From: a virus
Direction: 5' to 3' (one strand)
IMG/VR virus record: IMGVR_UViG_3300037424_002358
Location: 1 to 64,000 of that record
Length of the DNA: 64,000 nucleotides
The translations under genes were made by a program, and so were the position numbers. Below are positions 28,548-38,179 of the stretch, one piece after another. Below the pieces are notes generated by a model that saw nothing but the letters and a program-made list of their open reading frames with translations, searched no databases and was not told the origin of the DNA. The stretch's first letter is position 1. Every line of letters starts with the position of its first letter.

Positions 28548-29158
28548 CCGAGGGCCGCCTTGACCATCCGCGGCCAGTAGATCGCGCATTCCTGGACCGA
28601 GTCCACGTCGTCCGTGTAGTCATTCAGGTCGACCGTCGGCGGGCACACTAGGTTGTCCCATAGGCTCCACAATCCGTGCCGCTTGTGGTAATCGGAGCGT
28701 GTCACACGTTTCATCACGCGGTAGATATCCGCCAGCGCCGGGCCGGCGGCCCGGAAGCCGTACATCTCAGGCTTGACCTTTCCGCTGATCGCGTTCGGCA
28801 GGAAGCGCGCGACGAAGCGGACGGGCGCGTCGTCCTCCAGAAGCCACTCAATGGCCCTCGGCGAGTAGAGCACGTCGCCGAGTAGGATGACAATCTCATC
28901 CGCGCTCCGGGCCAGGTCCATGACCTGGACAACTCCGTTGAGAAGCCCGGTGCCGGGGTCGGGCAGGGTCAAGCCCATCAAGCCCTTCAACGCTTGCTCC
29001 GCCAGCATGTCGCGGGGCGCCACCACGTCACAGTCTCCTACGAGACGGCACGTGCGGGCGATGAGCGCCTCCCCGCCGACGGGCAAGCATTGGCGGTAGC
29101 GGGGCAGCCCCCACGCGCTGGTCGTGCCCTGCGCCATCACGAAGATCGTCCGGTTCAT
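28544..29158 (-). CDS. nucleotidyltransferase-like (NTP transferase fold) protein
   Basis: VMAQG...W...CLPVGGEALIART, LLGDVLYS, DDVDS. Confidence 0.7.
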   Translation of the reverse strand: MNRTIFVMAQGTTSAWGLPRYRQCLPVGGEALIARTCRLVGDCDVVAPRDMLAEQALKGLMGLTLPDPGTGLLNGVVQVMDLARSADEIVILLGDVLYSPRAIEWLLEDDAPVRFVARFLPNAISGKVKPEMYGFRAAGPALADIYRVMKRVTRSDYHKRHGLWSLWDNLVCPPTVDLNDYTDDVDSVQECAIYWPRMVKAALG

Positions 29159-29676
29159 CCCGACACACGTCCGTCGTATTCCCCCCAATCGAACTGCGCC
29201 CAGAAGTATGGCGGAAGCCTGTCCATCTCGGCGTCGTCGTGCGGGTGGGAGGCGAGGTTGAGGATCACGGCGGCGCTGGCGGAGTCTTCCACAGCGCGGA
29301 AGCCCGTCCAGACTCCGGGCGGAACGACCAGCCCGCTGTAGCAGTAGGTGTAGGGCGGTTTGCCGTCGGACAAGAAGAGTCGGCGCATCCGGCTCTCCTC
29401 GCTACGCTCGTCCATCAGACCGACCATCACGGCGCCCGACACGCAGGCGAGACGTAGCGTCATCGTGCGGTGCCTGTGCCAGCCCTTGACGATGCCGGGA
29501 TGCACCGCGCTCATGTAGACCTCGCCGAGGATGGGCGCGTCGTCGCCAGCCTGCCACAGTTTGGTAATGTACCCGCGAGCGTCACCGTGACGGCCAAGCC
29601 GAACGAGGTAGGTGCCAGGCAGAATCTCCTCGCGCAGGTCAGCATCCGTCCAGGGATTAGCGATCAGGTTGGTCAT
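29155..29676 (-). CDS. RmlC-like NDP-4-keto-6-deoxyhexose epimerase (cupin)
   Basis: HGDARG, PGIVKGWHRH, VPPGVWTGF. Confidence 0.85.
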   Translation of the reverse strand: MTNLIANPWTDADLREEILPGTYLVRLGRHGDARGYITKLWQAGDDAPILGEVYMSAVHPGIVKGWHRHRTMTLRLACVSGAVMVGLMDERSEESRMRRLFLSDGKPPYTYCYSGLVVPPGVWTGFRAVEDSASAAVILNLASHPHDDAEMDRLPPYFWAQFDWGEYDGRVSG

Positions 29677-30706
29677 CGAACGCCTCTGCGCTCCAAGCCT
29701 CTCCGTCTTCGTCGCTCACCTGCTTCCACGCCCGCATCCATTCCAGCGTCCGGCGCAGCCCGTCGTCCAGCGTCACCCGCGTCAGGCCACCGACGGAGGC
29801 TTCGAGCGCGAGAGGGTCAATCCGAATCTCTTGCGTCTCATGGAAGGCCTCGGACGCGATCAGAGGTTCAAGGTCAGAGCCGCACAGTTCCAGGATCATC
29901 TTCACCAGGGGCAGGACGGCGATCCGGTCGCCCGGACATAGAACCGCCCGCCAGGCCCCGACGGACTCCTCTGCCGCCCGCAGGTAGACCTCTATGGCGT
30001 CGGTGATGTAGAGATATTCCCGTACGGGCGTGCCATTGCTACGTAGCACGGGACGATGGCCGTGGAGCACGCTCCACATCGTTCCAGGGATGATCCGGCG
30101 CAGGTGCATGTCGCCGGGTCCGTAGACGTTGGCCGTCCGCACGGACTGCACCTCGAGCCCGTAGAAGTCCGCGTAGGAGAGCGCGATGAGGTCGGCCGCG
30201 GCCTTCGTCATGTCGTACGGGTGCGAGGGCCGCAGGACCAGCGGTTCGGACGCCACGATCTCAAGGTCTATATCGCCCAGCGCTTTGTCGGATGAGGCAA
30301 TGACAATCCGCGGCTGGAACCCCATCGTCCTGATAGCCTCCAGGAGGTTGAGGGTCCCGACGGCGTTCACCTCGAACGCGTAGACCGGCATCCGGGCGGC
30401 CTCGGTGACCTGGGTCACCGCCGCCAAATGGAAAACGACATCCGGCTCGGCCTCGGCCAGGACGGCGCGCACCCGCTCGCGGTCCCGCAGGTCGCAGTGA
30501 ATCTCCGTCAGGCGGGGGTGCGGCTCGGCGATCTCCTCGTCGAACGTGGGCACCCAAACCTGCGCGCCGAGGGTAAGCAGGCGCCCAACGAGGCCCGTCC
30601 CGATGAACCCGGCCCCGCCCGTCACCAGGACGCGCTTGTCGCTCCACTCTATGATGCGGCGCGCTTCGCCTGCAGTCGCGTCCACGGGGCTTTGCCCGTC
30701 TGCCAT
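29657..30706 (-). CDS. rfbG: CDP-glucose 4,6-dehydratase-like extended SDR
   Basis: VTGGAGFIG, SSDK, YDMTK, NVYGPGD; start uncertain. Confidence 0.8.
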   Translation of the reverse strand: MADGQSPVDATAGEARRIIEWSDKRVLVTGGAGFIGTGLVGRLLTLGAQVWVPTFDEEIAEPHPRLTEIHCDLRDRERVRAVLAEAEPDVVFHLAAVTQVTEAARMPVYAFEVNAVGTLNLLEAIRTMGFQPRIVIASSDKALGDIDLEIVASEPLVLRPSHPYDMTKAAADLIALSYADFYGLEVQSVRTANVYGPGDMHLRRIIPGTMWSVLHGHRPVLRSNGTPVREYLYITDAIEVYLRAAEESVGAWRAVLCPGDRIAVLPLVKMILELCGSDLEPLIASEAFHETQEIRIDPLALEASVGGLTRVTLDDGLRRTLEWMRAWKQVSDEDGEAWSAEAFDDQPDR

Positions 30707-31401
30707 AGTTCCTCCAGCATGACCTTCTCGCGCGGATGGTCCATCGCCTGCCACCATCCCGTGTGCAGGAAGGCGGCCAGGCGGTTCTGCGCGGCCAGGG
30801 CCGGGAGCACGTCGAGTTCCCAGGCCGATGCGTCGCCAGGGATGATCCTCAGGACTTCGGGCTGCACGACGTAGAACCCGCCGTTGATCCAGCCCTGTAG
30901 CGCTTGCGACTTCTCAGAGAAGATTTCGACGAGCGAGTTTTCTTTGATGACCATCGCCCCCCACCGGGCGGGCGGGTGCACGGCGGTCAGCGTCACGCCG
31001 GTGTCGAGCCTGTCCACCATCCGGTGATGGAAATCCAGCAGGGCCAGTAGGTTCACATCCGCTAGGCCGTCGCCGTACGTCAGCATGAAGGGTTCTTCCA
31101 AGAGTTCCGCTAGGCGAAGTAGCCGGCCCCCCGTCATCGTCTCCTCGCCCGTGTCGACCACGGTGACCTTCTCGCCCGCGTAATAGGGCTGGCGCTCAAA
31201 CGACAGTGCCCACTCCTGGACGCTATCCTGCAGATACCCGGCGGCGACCACGAACTCCCGGAAGCCCTGCGCGGCGTAAAGCGAGATGACATGAGCCAGC
31301 ATCGGCCGGTCGCCGACCGCGACCATCGGCTTCGGGATCAGGCCCTTGGTCTCTTCCTCGAGACGGGTTCCACGACCACCGGCGAAGATGACGACCTTCA
31401 T
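30649..31401 (-). CDS. rfbF: glucose-1-phosphate cytidylyltransferase
   Basis: AGGRGTRLEEET...PKPMV, VDTGEETMTGGRL, LTYGDGLAD, WINGGF, GKAPW. Confidence 0.92.
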   Translation of the reverse strand: MKVVIFAGGRGTRLEEETKGLIPKPMVAVGDRPMLAHVISLYAAQGFREFVVAAGYLQDSVQEWALSFERQPYYAGEKVTVVDTGEETMTGGRLLRLAELLEEPFMLTYGDGLADVNLLALLDFHHRMVDRLDTGVTLTAVHPPARWGAMVIKENSLVEIFSEKSQALQGWINGGFYVVQPEVLRIIPGDASAWELDVLPALAAQNRLAAFLHTGWWQAMDHPREKVMLEELWQTGKAPWTRLQAKRAAS

Positions 31402-31532
31402 TTGCCCCTCGCCGCGCGCTTCCAGACATGTTTGGGCATGTACATCCATAGACCGTTCTTTACCCGCGCCCTGGCCTCATGCGCCGGAACCCTCTCAACG
31501 ATGCCGGTTCGCCTGCTCTTGATGGTCTTCAC
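31398..31532 (-). CDS. small basic protein (44 aa)
   Basis: coupled on both sides; MKTIKSRRTGIVERV...WMYMPKHVWK. Confidence 0.6.
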   Translation of the reverse strand: MKTIKSRRTGIVERVPAHEARARVKNGLWMYMPKHVWKRAARGK

Positions 31533-32164
31533 GCCGTCACCTCCGGGCCGCGTTCAAGGAGGAAGCGGTATTCGACTGGCTTCGTCACCTCTGGCGCGGC
31601 CTGGTATGCCTGGAACAGTTCGTCGTCGGTAGTGAAAATATGCTCGTGAAGCGGGCGCCAGCCAGCGCGGGCGAAGAGCCAAAGCCAGTTCTCCTTGGGC
31701 AACACTGAGTAGTGATTCTGCCCGCGCACGCCCCAATACTCGGGGGCTGGCAGGATCAGGGCCATCCAGCCCTGACAGACACGCCGCAACTCCATCAGTG
31801 TGACGACGGGGCACGGTGAGTGCTCGAGGGCATGGCGGACGAAGAGAAGGTCGAAGGACCCGTCGGCGAACGGCAGGAAGGACATGTCTCCCGCGTACAC
31901 GTCCAGACCCTTCAACTTCGCTTCGTAGTAGTCCTCGCCGATCGTGATGCCAGTCCACCTCAGGCCCATCGCCTCGAGCGCCGGGGCGAACTGGCCCTGG
32001 CCGCAGCCTACGTCGAGCACCGTGTGACAGTTCTGCGGGATCGACAGGAGGGTCTGGATCGCCTGCTGGCCCCACGCGAGGTGACCGCCGTCGGGCGGCT
32101 GCGCGTACACATCCTGCGTCAGGCGGTTCAGGTACGAGTCAAACCGGGCGAAGTCGCGCATCAC
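31529..32164 (-). CDS. class I SAM-dependent methyltransferase
   Basis: VLDVGCGQG, GDMSFLPFADGSFDL, HALEH. Confidence 0.9.
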   Translation of the reverse strand: MMRDFARFDSYLNRLTQDVYAQPPDGGHLAWGQQAIQTLLSIPQNCHTVLDVGCGQGQFAPALEAMGLRWTGITIGEDYYEAKLKGLDVYAGDMSFLPFADGSFDLLFVRHALEHSPCPVVTLMELRRVCQGWMALILPAPEYWGVRGQNHYSVLPKENWLWLFARAGWRPLHEHIFTTDDELFQAYQAAPEVTKPVEYRFLLERGPEVTA

Positions 32165-33159
32165 GGCTCGCAGGCCTCGCCCGTCTCCAGCAGGCAGGCC
32201 GTCCATGTCGGCAGGTCGTGGTTGGAAACCAGGATGCTACCGTAGAGCGGATCGCTGGCAAAGTCGACGTCGTCGAGGGCGAAGCGCAAGAAGCGCATCT
32301 CGGCGTCGGGGAGCCGTGGCAACAGGTCCAGGAGGCTGACGACGGTTGCCAAATCGGCGTCCGTCTGGAACAAGTCCTTGCTCGCTACGCCCTTGTACAG
32401 GTCGAGCGCCCTGGTCGGATCGTGAGCAATGGCCGCCGGCCATTGGCTCATGGCAGCCTTGACGATCTCCAGCACCCGCCGGTTGCGGTCGAGGTCGCCG
32501 CCGTATGCCTTTCGCCCCCGGACGTAGCAGAGCGCCTCCAGCCCGCTGAACTCGTAGGCCGTGCCTGCGTTCCAGACGAGGTCTTCGTCTCGACAGGGGT
32601 CCGCGTGCGTTACCTCCGGCGTGATCGTCAGGCCCCCCATCAGGTCGACTAGGCTCATGTACTGGACCATGTCGATGACAGCCATGGGGCCGTTGACGGT
32701 CAAGCCAAACGATTCCTCCATCGTCTGCTTTAGGCAGTCGAAGCCGCCGCGATACCATGCCGCGTTGACCCGGTTGTAGCCCCCGTACTCACAGGGCACG
32801 TTGACGAAGAGATCGCGCGGGACGGAGAGCAGCGTGACGCGCATCCGACTCGGCCACACGTCGGCGACGACGATGATGAAAGCGTCGCTACGCACGCCGT
32901 AGCCCGGAGCCTCCGGCCGGGTTGCGCCGCGGTCCAGGCCCAGCAGCAGTCCGACGGTGCGCTCGCGCGGCTCAGGCGTTGCCGATGGCACCGCCGTCGG
33001 TTCCAGCGTCGCCGTCGCCGGCTCCGGCGCAAGGCCGCGCGGCGCGGCGGTCAGCGTCTCCGCCGACTGAGCGGTCACCGTCTGCATATCGAACGAGGTC
33101 TCCGGCATCGGCACGCAGCCCGACGCCAGGAGCATCATGACAATCGCAATGCGTTTCAT
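32161..33159 (-). CDS. LytR-CpsA-Psr (LCP) family lipoprotein
   Basis: lipobox LASGC; LLLGLD, RSD, SVPRDL, RVNAAW, YVRGR, DLDRNRR. Confidence 0.9.
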   Translation of the reverse strand: MKRIAIVMMLLASGCVPMPETSFDMQTVTAQSAETLTAAPRGLAPEPATATLEPTAVPSATPEPRERTVGLLLGLDRGATRPEAPGYGVRSDAFIIVVADVWPSRMRVTLLSVPRDLFVNVPCEYGGYNRVNAAWYRGGFDCLKQTMEESFGLTVNGPMAVIDMVQYMSLVDLMGGLTITPEVTHADPCRDEDLVWNAGTAYEFSGLEALCYVRGRKAYGGDLDRNRRVLEIVKAAMSQWPAAIAHDPTRALDLYKGVASKDLFQTDADLATVVSLLDLLPRLPDAEMRFLRFALDDVDFASDPLYGSILVSNHDLPTWTACLLETGEACEP

Positions 33160-33175
33160 ATTCCCTCTCCTCCAA

Positions 33176-34831
33176 CTAGGCTGGATGAAGTTTGTAACCC
33201 GGATTCCAATACCATCCCTCTTGACCTTGCGCCGTCTTCACCTTCCACCAGTCGCCGCCGTCCCCGCCGATGTCGAACGCCTGCAAGCGCTCGTTGGCCG
33301 CTATCCACCGGATGAGCGCCCCTGAAACATTGGGTTCACTTCGCAGGTTTCCACCTACATCGACGATCCACCCGTTGCCGGGGAACAGGGCCGAGAAATA
33401 GGGCGTCGGATTGACGATGTCGCGGCCCATCCACGGCGACCCGTTGCCCTTGTGCTTGAGCGTGATGTGCAGGTGCGCGCCGAAGGAATTGCCCGTGTTG
33501 TCGGCGAGTCCGAGGACCGTGCCCGCCGCGACCGCCTGTCCAACGCTCACCTTCGTGCTCCCAAGTTTCATGTGAGCGTAGACGCTCTCAAACTCATTGC
33601 CGCCTGCGAGGATGTGCTGGAGGCGGACATGGACGCCGTAGGCCCCGCTGCCCGCCGAGGTCTCGACGCGAGCGACCACCCCGTCGGCCATCGCCATGAG
33701 CGGCGTGCCTCCGACCGCGCGTATGTCAATCCCCTCATGACCAGGAAGTCCGAACGGCTTGTAGTTCTGCGGGTTGATGCCGTAGCGTTGCGTCACGATG
33801 GGCGTGCCGGTCACTGGCCAGCGAAGCCGAAGACGATCAGCGGCAGCCGGCAGGTCAATCTCCTCCCGGATGAGGTAGGCCCGCACCTTGTCGCTCTCGA
33901 CGTAGCCGTTGAGGGTGTTTTGACTGATGTGGGCGCGCAGGGCGTCCGATAGCACGACTTTCATGGTTCCACCTCCTGGAATTGGATCGTCGATGGGCGG
34001 GACAGGCTCGGACCAATGGAAATCGGCGAGGGCATCCTTCTCCTCTTCAGTGGCCTGCGCAAGGTCCCAGACGCTCACAGCCACGCAGCCGATCACCTTG
34101 GCCCGCTCGAATAGGGCCAGCAGTTGGGCCTTCGTGGGCCGCCAGATGCGTACCACGCCGGCCGCGTCCTTGTACTTATACGGGTAGGTCGGCGCCACCG
34201 GAAAGTATGGCAGGGGCCGGATGGAGTCGTGTTGGTCGACGCTCGTTTCAAGTTGGATGGCGCCCCCCAGAGGCCGGTTGTCGCGCAGGAAGTAGACCTG
34301 CGGGCACCAGGCATCCATGTGCGGCGCGAAGATAAGGATGGGGTACTCCGGCTGGTGGGTGGTCGGGAAGCGGTATCCGCACAGGCTGTAGTCAATGTCC
34401 GGTGCCAGGTCGTTGATCTCCGATGTGTACTCCTCGGCGTAGTCGGGATGCCTCACGTAGGAGGCCTCGGCGTTGACGACCATGTGTCGGAATCCGTACT
34501 TGCGGCAGGCGGCCACGCCAGCCGCCGCCTCCTTCTTCGGCGTGGACTGGACCGGAACCTTCTTGTCCCAATCGAAGATGATTTTTCGGCCCCATAGCCA
34601 GACCCAGCCGTACGGCTCAATCCCGGCCTCAGTCAGGGCGGCGACCGTCCGCTCCAAGAGGTCGGCATTGGTCGTCGTGCCACTCTCCCACCTCAGCCGA
34701 CATCCGTCCGCGATCTTGATCGTGACGGACGACAACCCAAGCCGCCTGCACTCGGCGACCTGTCTGGCCGGGTCTCCGCCCTGCCAGAGTCGCAACTGCC
34801 ACACCATCGCCGTCTTGCCTTGGGGGATCAT
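33176..34831 (-). CDS. modular endolysin: glycoside hydrolase-like + M23 peptidase + SH3-like domain
   Basis: N-terminal TIM-barrel-like region (IKIADG, VNAE, WCPQVY); HEGID, YAHM, HLH; C-terminal NLRSEP...WWKV...EGW. Confidence 0.85.
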   Translation of the reverse strand: MIPQGKTAMVWQLRLWQGGDPARQVAECRRLGLSSVTIKIADGCRLRWESGTTTNADLLERTVAALTEAGIEPYGWVWLWGRKIIFDWDKKVPVQSTPKKEAAAGVAACRKYGFRHMVVNAEASYVRHPDYAEEYTSEINDLAPDIDYSLCGYRFPTTHQPEYPILIFAPHMDAWCPQVYFLRDNRPLGGAIQLETSVDQHDSIRPLPYFPVAPTYPYKYKDAAGVVRIWRPTKAQLLALFERAKVIGCVAVSVWDLAQATEEEKDALADFHWSEPVPPIDDPIPGGGTMKVVLSDALRAHISQNTLNGYVESDKVRAYLIREEIDLPAAADRLRLRWPVTGTPIVTQRYGINPQNYKPFGLPGHEGIDIRAVGGTPLMAMADGVVARVETSAGSGAYGVHVRLQHILAGGNEFESVYAHMKLGSTKVSVGQAVAAGTVLGLADNTGNSFGAHLHITLKHKGNGSPWMGRDIVNPTPYFSALFPGNGWIVDVGGNLRSEPNVSGALIRWIAANERLQAFDIGGDGGDWWKVKTAQGQEGWYWNPGYKLHPA

Positions 34832-35973
34832 TGCTGGCTCTCCTTGATCCTGCGCACCCGGACGGACATGCCCTCACCGACGGGCATGCCATCGTCGGGC
34901 GGTCTCTCCACCCGCGGCTCATAGCCCTCGCGTGTGCGATGCCGTTGGTCACGCTGGCGGGCACGTTGGAGGAGAAGCCACAATTTGTCCATGTTATCGG
35001 AGTCTGACATCCGCTGCGCCGGATACGACTTGAGCCACTCGCGCAACTCTTCAATGTCCATCTCGGGCAGGTCGAGCGCCGCCGGCCCCACGAGGGAGGA
35101 CTGCATCTCACCATCAGGCATGATCGACGTGCGGACGTGCGCCTGGTGGTAACAGAGGATGGCGTGGGGCGTCAAGTCGACATACTCATTTTCGCGCCGA
35201 TAGTTGAGGAGCCAAAAGTCCAACGAGGCGTGCCCCTTGAACGTCGGCATATCCTCCCACAGGTTAGCATCCCGCGGGGCCGAGGCGGCGAACCAGTACG
35301 GAAACTCGCGCCGCGCCTGAATATCGTCAATGCCCAGGCTGGCGAAGTTCTGCCCGTTCCAGATGAAATTGGGTTGCTGATCTATAGCCGTCATATCGCT
35401 GTGCCAGTCGATCCCGTCAAGCGCCAGCGTGATCCTCTCAGAGAGCGGTGCTGGCTTTAGGTTCACCCACGTCGGGCGCCCGAGCATGGAGGCCCGACTA
35501 CTGGATATCTTGTAGCGGTGAATGTCCGGCATGTTGGCCGTATGAGCCAGCGCCAGATATGCCGCGACGTCAGGTTTTGGCATCACCTCCGGCTGCTGTA
35601 TCGCGATAATAGAACCCTGAGCCAGCGGCAGGAGCGCCTTGAGGCCCGTCGTCGGGCAGGCGAGAAACTCGCCGCGTTCCAGGCGGACGGACCTGACCTG
35701 CAAATACGGCTCGAACTGCTCGACCACAGGCACCAGCGGTATGGCGGAGCCATTGTCGCAGATTAGCACCTCGAAATGGCGGTAGGTCTGGCGGGCGTAG
35801 GCTTCAAGCGTCCGCGCGATCTGAGATGCGCGGAAGTCATTGGCGCTCATGAGGATAGACAGCACGGGTTCGCCCTCGAAGCGCGGGGGCAGATCGCCGA
35901 GACGCAACTGCGGGTTAGCCCTGTTGAACTTATCGCGTTCTGGCTGGTAGTTACGGAACTCAATATCGCGCAT
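34828..35973 (-). CDS. GT2-like glycosyltransferase
   Basis: LSILMS...TLEAYARQTYRHFEVLICDNGS. Confidence 0.75.
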   Translation of the reverse strand: MRDIEFRNYQPERDKFNRANPQLRLGDLPPRFEGEPVLSILMSANDFRASQIARTLEAYARQTYRHFEVLICDNGSAIPLVPVVEQFEPYLQVRSVRLERGEFLACPTTGLKALLPLAQGSIIAIQQPEVMPKPDVAAYLALAHTANMPDIHRYKISSSRASMLGRPTWVNLKPAPLSERITLALDGIDWHSDMTAIDQQPNFIWNGQNFASLGIDDIQARREFPYWFAASAPRDANLWEDMPTFKGHASLDFWLLNYRRENEYVDLTPHAILCYHQAHVRTSIMPDGEMQSSLVGPAALDLPEMDIEELREWLKSYPAQRMSDSDNMDKLWLLLQRARQRDQRHRTREGYEPRVERPPDDGMPVGEGMSVRVRRIKESQQ

Positions 35974-36372
35974 CTACCACCATCTTCTGCTCTTGGTCGC
36001 GTGCATGCCGGTCCCGTAGTTCGTGAGCGTGTCCTGGTAGACGTAGCAGACCAGGAGTTGTTCCGCGATCTCACTCTCATGGCCCCGAGCCTCTTTGGGC
36101 GAGATCATGACCGCGGGCGATCCGCACGTGCACATGGCGAACCAGCGCCCGATCTTGCCCTTCAGCCACTCGGGGTCGAGGAACAGGAAGTGCTCTCCGT
36201 GATAATCCGCGCACTTGACCCTGCGCCAGATGCCGTCCTGATCCTGGAAGAACAGGAACGGTTCCTTCTTGACCACATCCCCCGAGGCGAGGGTGGCTGT
36301 CGTCGGGTCGCCCCGGTGGCGGATGATATTGAACGTCATGTTCCGCCACTTGACGCTCGGGTCTGTCTTCAT
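35974..36372 (-). CDS. hypothetical protein
   Basis: ATG at 36372 coupled to the upstream stop; Cys/His cluster. Confidence 0.65.
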   Translation of the reverse strand: MKTDPSVKWRNMTFNIIRHRGDPTTATLASGDVVKKEPFLFFQDQDGIWRRVKCADYHGEHFLFLDPEWLKGKIGRWFAMCTCGSPAVMISPKEARGHESEIAEQLLVCYVYQDTLTNYGTGMHATKSRRWW

Positions 36373-37493
36373 AGCGACACCACCATGTAGGCCCACACCA
36401 GTTTGGAGATCACGTGCAATCCTTGATCGAGGTAAGCGTTCCGCCTCGGGATTGAGTCGGCGGCGACGGCCCACACCAGTTTGGAGATCACGTGCAATCC
36501 TTGATTGAGGTAAGCGTTCCGCCTCGGGATTGAGTCGGCGGCGAAGTGCACGACGAATTCGAGCATCCCGATTTCGATTCGTCCCGTCGCCAGCGCGACG
36601 GCACCGGCGTGCACGAGACAGTGGGCCGACATCCAGAACCACCACGGCGCGCCACCCTCCTGCACTCTGACGGGGCGTTTGAACTGCCTCATCTTGTCCG
36701 TCTGAAAGACAAAGTCGGCCAGCGCGTGGCCCACCAGTAGCCAGAACAGAACCTCAGCAAAGTCAAGCACCGTGTCGGACCTCGCGATTTCTCTGGGTCC
36801 CACGATCACTTGGTCCGCGCTGGCCAGCGCTCGACGCACGCCTGTCGGCTCGGGCGAGGGCGTGACGGTCGCGGACGGAGCCGCGGTCGGCGTCGAGAAG
36901 GGCAGATTGGCGGGATAGTCGAAAGTGAGCACGTTCCTCTCGAACCACGTCGCCAAGGACATGCCTGGCACGCCGCCCACGTTGCCCTCGACACGCACGT
37001 CCACCCACGGCAGAGTCAGGCCACCGAGGCGCTTCGCCGTTTGGTAATCGACCTCGATAGCGAGCCTCCGCACCAGGATGTATTCGTAGAGGCCCGACCT
37101 CCCCGAGCAGTCGACAACCAGGAGCGGCCCGTACCAGTCCCCGCCCGGAACGCGGACGTAGGCACTCATCCCGATGTCGCCGCAGCCCATGAGCGCCGCG
37201 CCGCCCTTGAAGCCCCCGAGGCCCATCCCTCGGTTGCCGGCGACCCGCTCCATGATGCCGTCGGCGTATGAGGACATCGCCCCGCTGAAATACTGCGGGT
37301 GGCTGAAGCGTGCCGTCTCGTAGGTCACCATCCCCGGCACGCAGTAGCCCTCGAACAGATAGCCATTCTCCTTGATGTCGTCGGCGCAATCGACCGACCA
37401 CGGCACGGACAGCGGAGTGGGCGTGGGCGCGGGCGTGGCCGAAGGCGTCGGCGGCGTCAGGCCGACGATGAGGGACAGGATAAGCGCCAGCAT
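36369..37493 (-). CDS. secreted DPBB-like protein in frame with a DUF3307-like membrane domain
   Basis: signal peptide, PT-rich linker, GPLLVVDC domain; then GHALADFVFQT...AHCLVH...DQGLH; internal GTG at 36770 with GAGGT RBS. Confidence 0.7.
   Translation of the reverse strand: MLALILSLIVGLTPPTPSATPAPTPTPLSVPWSVDCADDIKENGYLFEGYCVPGMVTYETARFSHPQYFSGAMSSYADGIMERVAGNRGMGLGGFKGGAALMGCGDIGMSAYVRVPGGDWYGPLLVVDCSGRSGLYEYILVRRLAIEVDYQTAKRLGGLTLPWVDVRVEGNVGGVPGMSLATWFERNVLTFDYPANLPFSTPTAAPSATVTPSPEPTGVRRALASADQVIVGPREIARSDTVLDFAEVLFWLLVGHALADFVFQTDKMRQFKRPVRVQEGGAPWWFWMSAHCLVHAGAVALATGRIEIGMLEFVVHFAADSIPRRNAYLNQGLHVISKLVWAVAADSIPRRNAYLDQGLHVISKLVWAYMVVSL
36390..36544. repeat. 78-bp-period tandem duplication
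   Basis: 36390-36466 vs 36468-36544, one mismatch; duplicates AADSIPRRNAYL[N/D]QGLHVISKLVWA. Confidence 0.95.
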
Positions 37494-37496
37494 CGC

Positions 37497-38177
37497 TCAG
37501 GCTGGGTCCGGGGCTTCGACGGCTAGGCATGCCTCACCCTCGCGCTTCAGGAGGAGGTCGAGGTCCGGGTAGGATAGGTATGCGTGACCGTCCCGCCCCC
37601 ACGACCGGCCCCAACTGTTCTTGATGCGAACCATCCGCGTGATCTCGTTCACACCGTTGGCGACATACGCGTGCCCGCCGACAGTGAAGCCCCGGACGTG
37701 GACCACGCCGAAGATGTCAGGCGTCATCATGCCATCCATCCAGTCCGTCCCCAGGACGACCGGCCCGAAGTGCTTGATCGTGTCAATCACGTCGCGGGCG
37801 CTCCATCCCCAACGGTACTCCATGATGAGTCCGCGGGCCGCGAGGCCCTTCGCACCGCCACGGACCGACGAGCCTTCGTAGTCGGAGCCGGCCCACTCGT
37901 CGTTCTCCTGAGCCAGGTGATAAAGTTCGACGGGGTCCGCCTGTGCGGCGTGCGTGATGGGTCCGTCGCAGAGCCAATGCGACCAGGAGTAACCGACGCA
38001 CATCGGCGTCTCGCCCTGATCGTTCCAGCATCCGCCGTCCCACCAGTAGCGCCAGAGGCGGAAGGGCCGTGGCCTACGTTCGAGCAGCGCACGCATCGTC
38101 CACAGCCGATCTCGGCTGTCCGGTGCCACCCGCCGCCCCATGCCGTACCCCATGGAATCATCGCGTCTGACTCGCAT
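37497..38177 (-). CDS. papain-like C1 cysteine peptidase
   Basis: DQGETPMCVGYS, GGHAY, IKNSWGRSWGRDG. Confidence 0.9.
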   Translation of the reverse strand: MRVRRDDSMGYGMGRRVAPDSRDRLWTMRALLERRPRPFRLWRYWWDGGCWNDQGETPMCVGYSWSHWLCDGPITHAAQADPVELYHLAQENDEWAGSDYEGSSVRGGAKGLAARGLIMEYRWGWSARDVIDTIKHFGPVVLGTDWMDGMMTPDIFGVVHVRGFTVGGHAYVANGVNEITRMVRIKNSWGRSWGRDGHAYLSYPDLDLLLKREGEACLAVEAPDPA

Positions 38178-38179
38178 GC

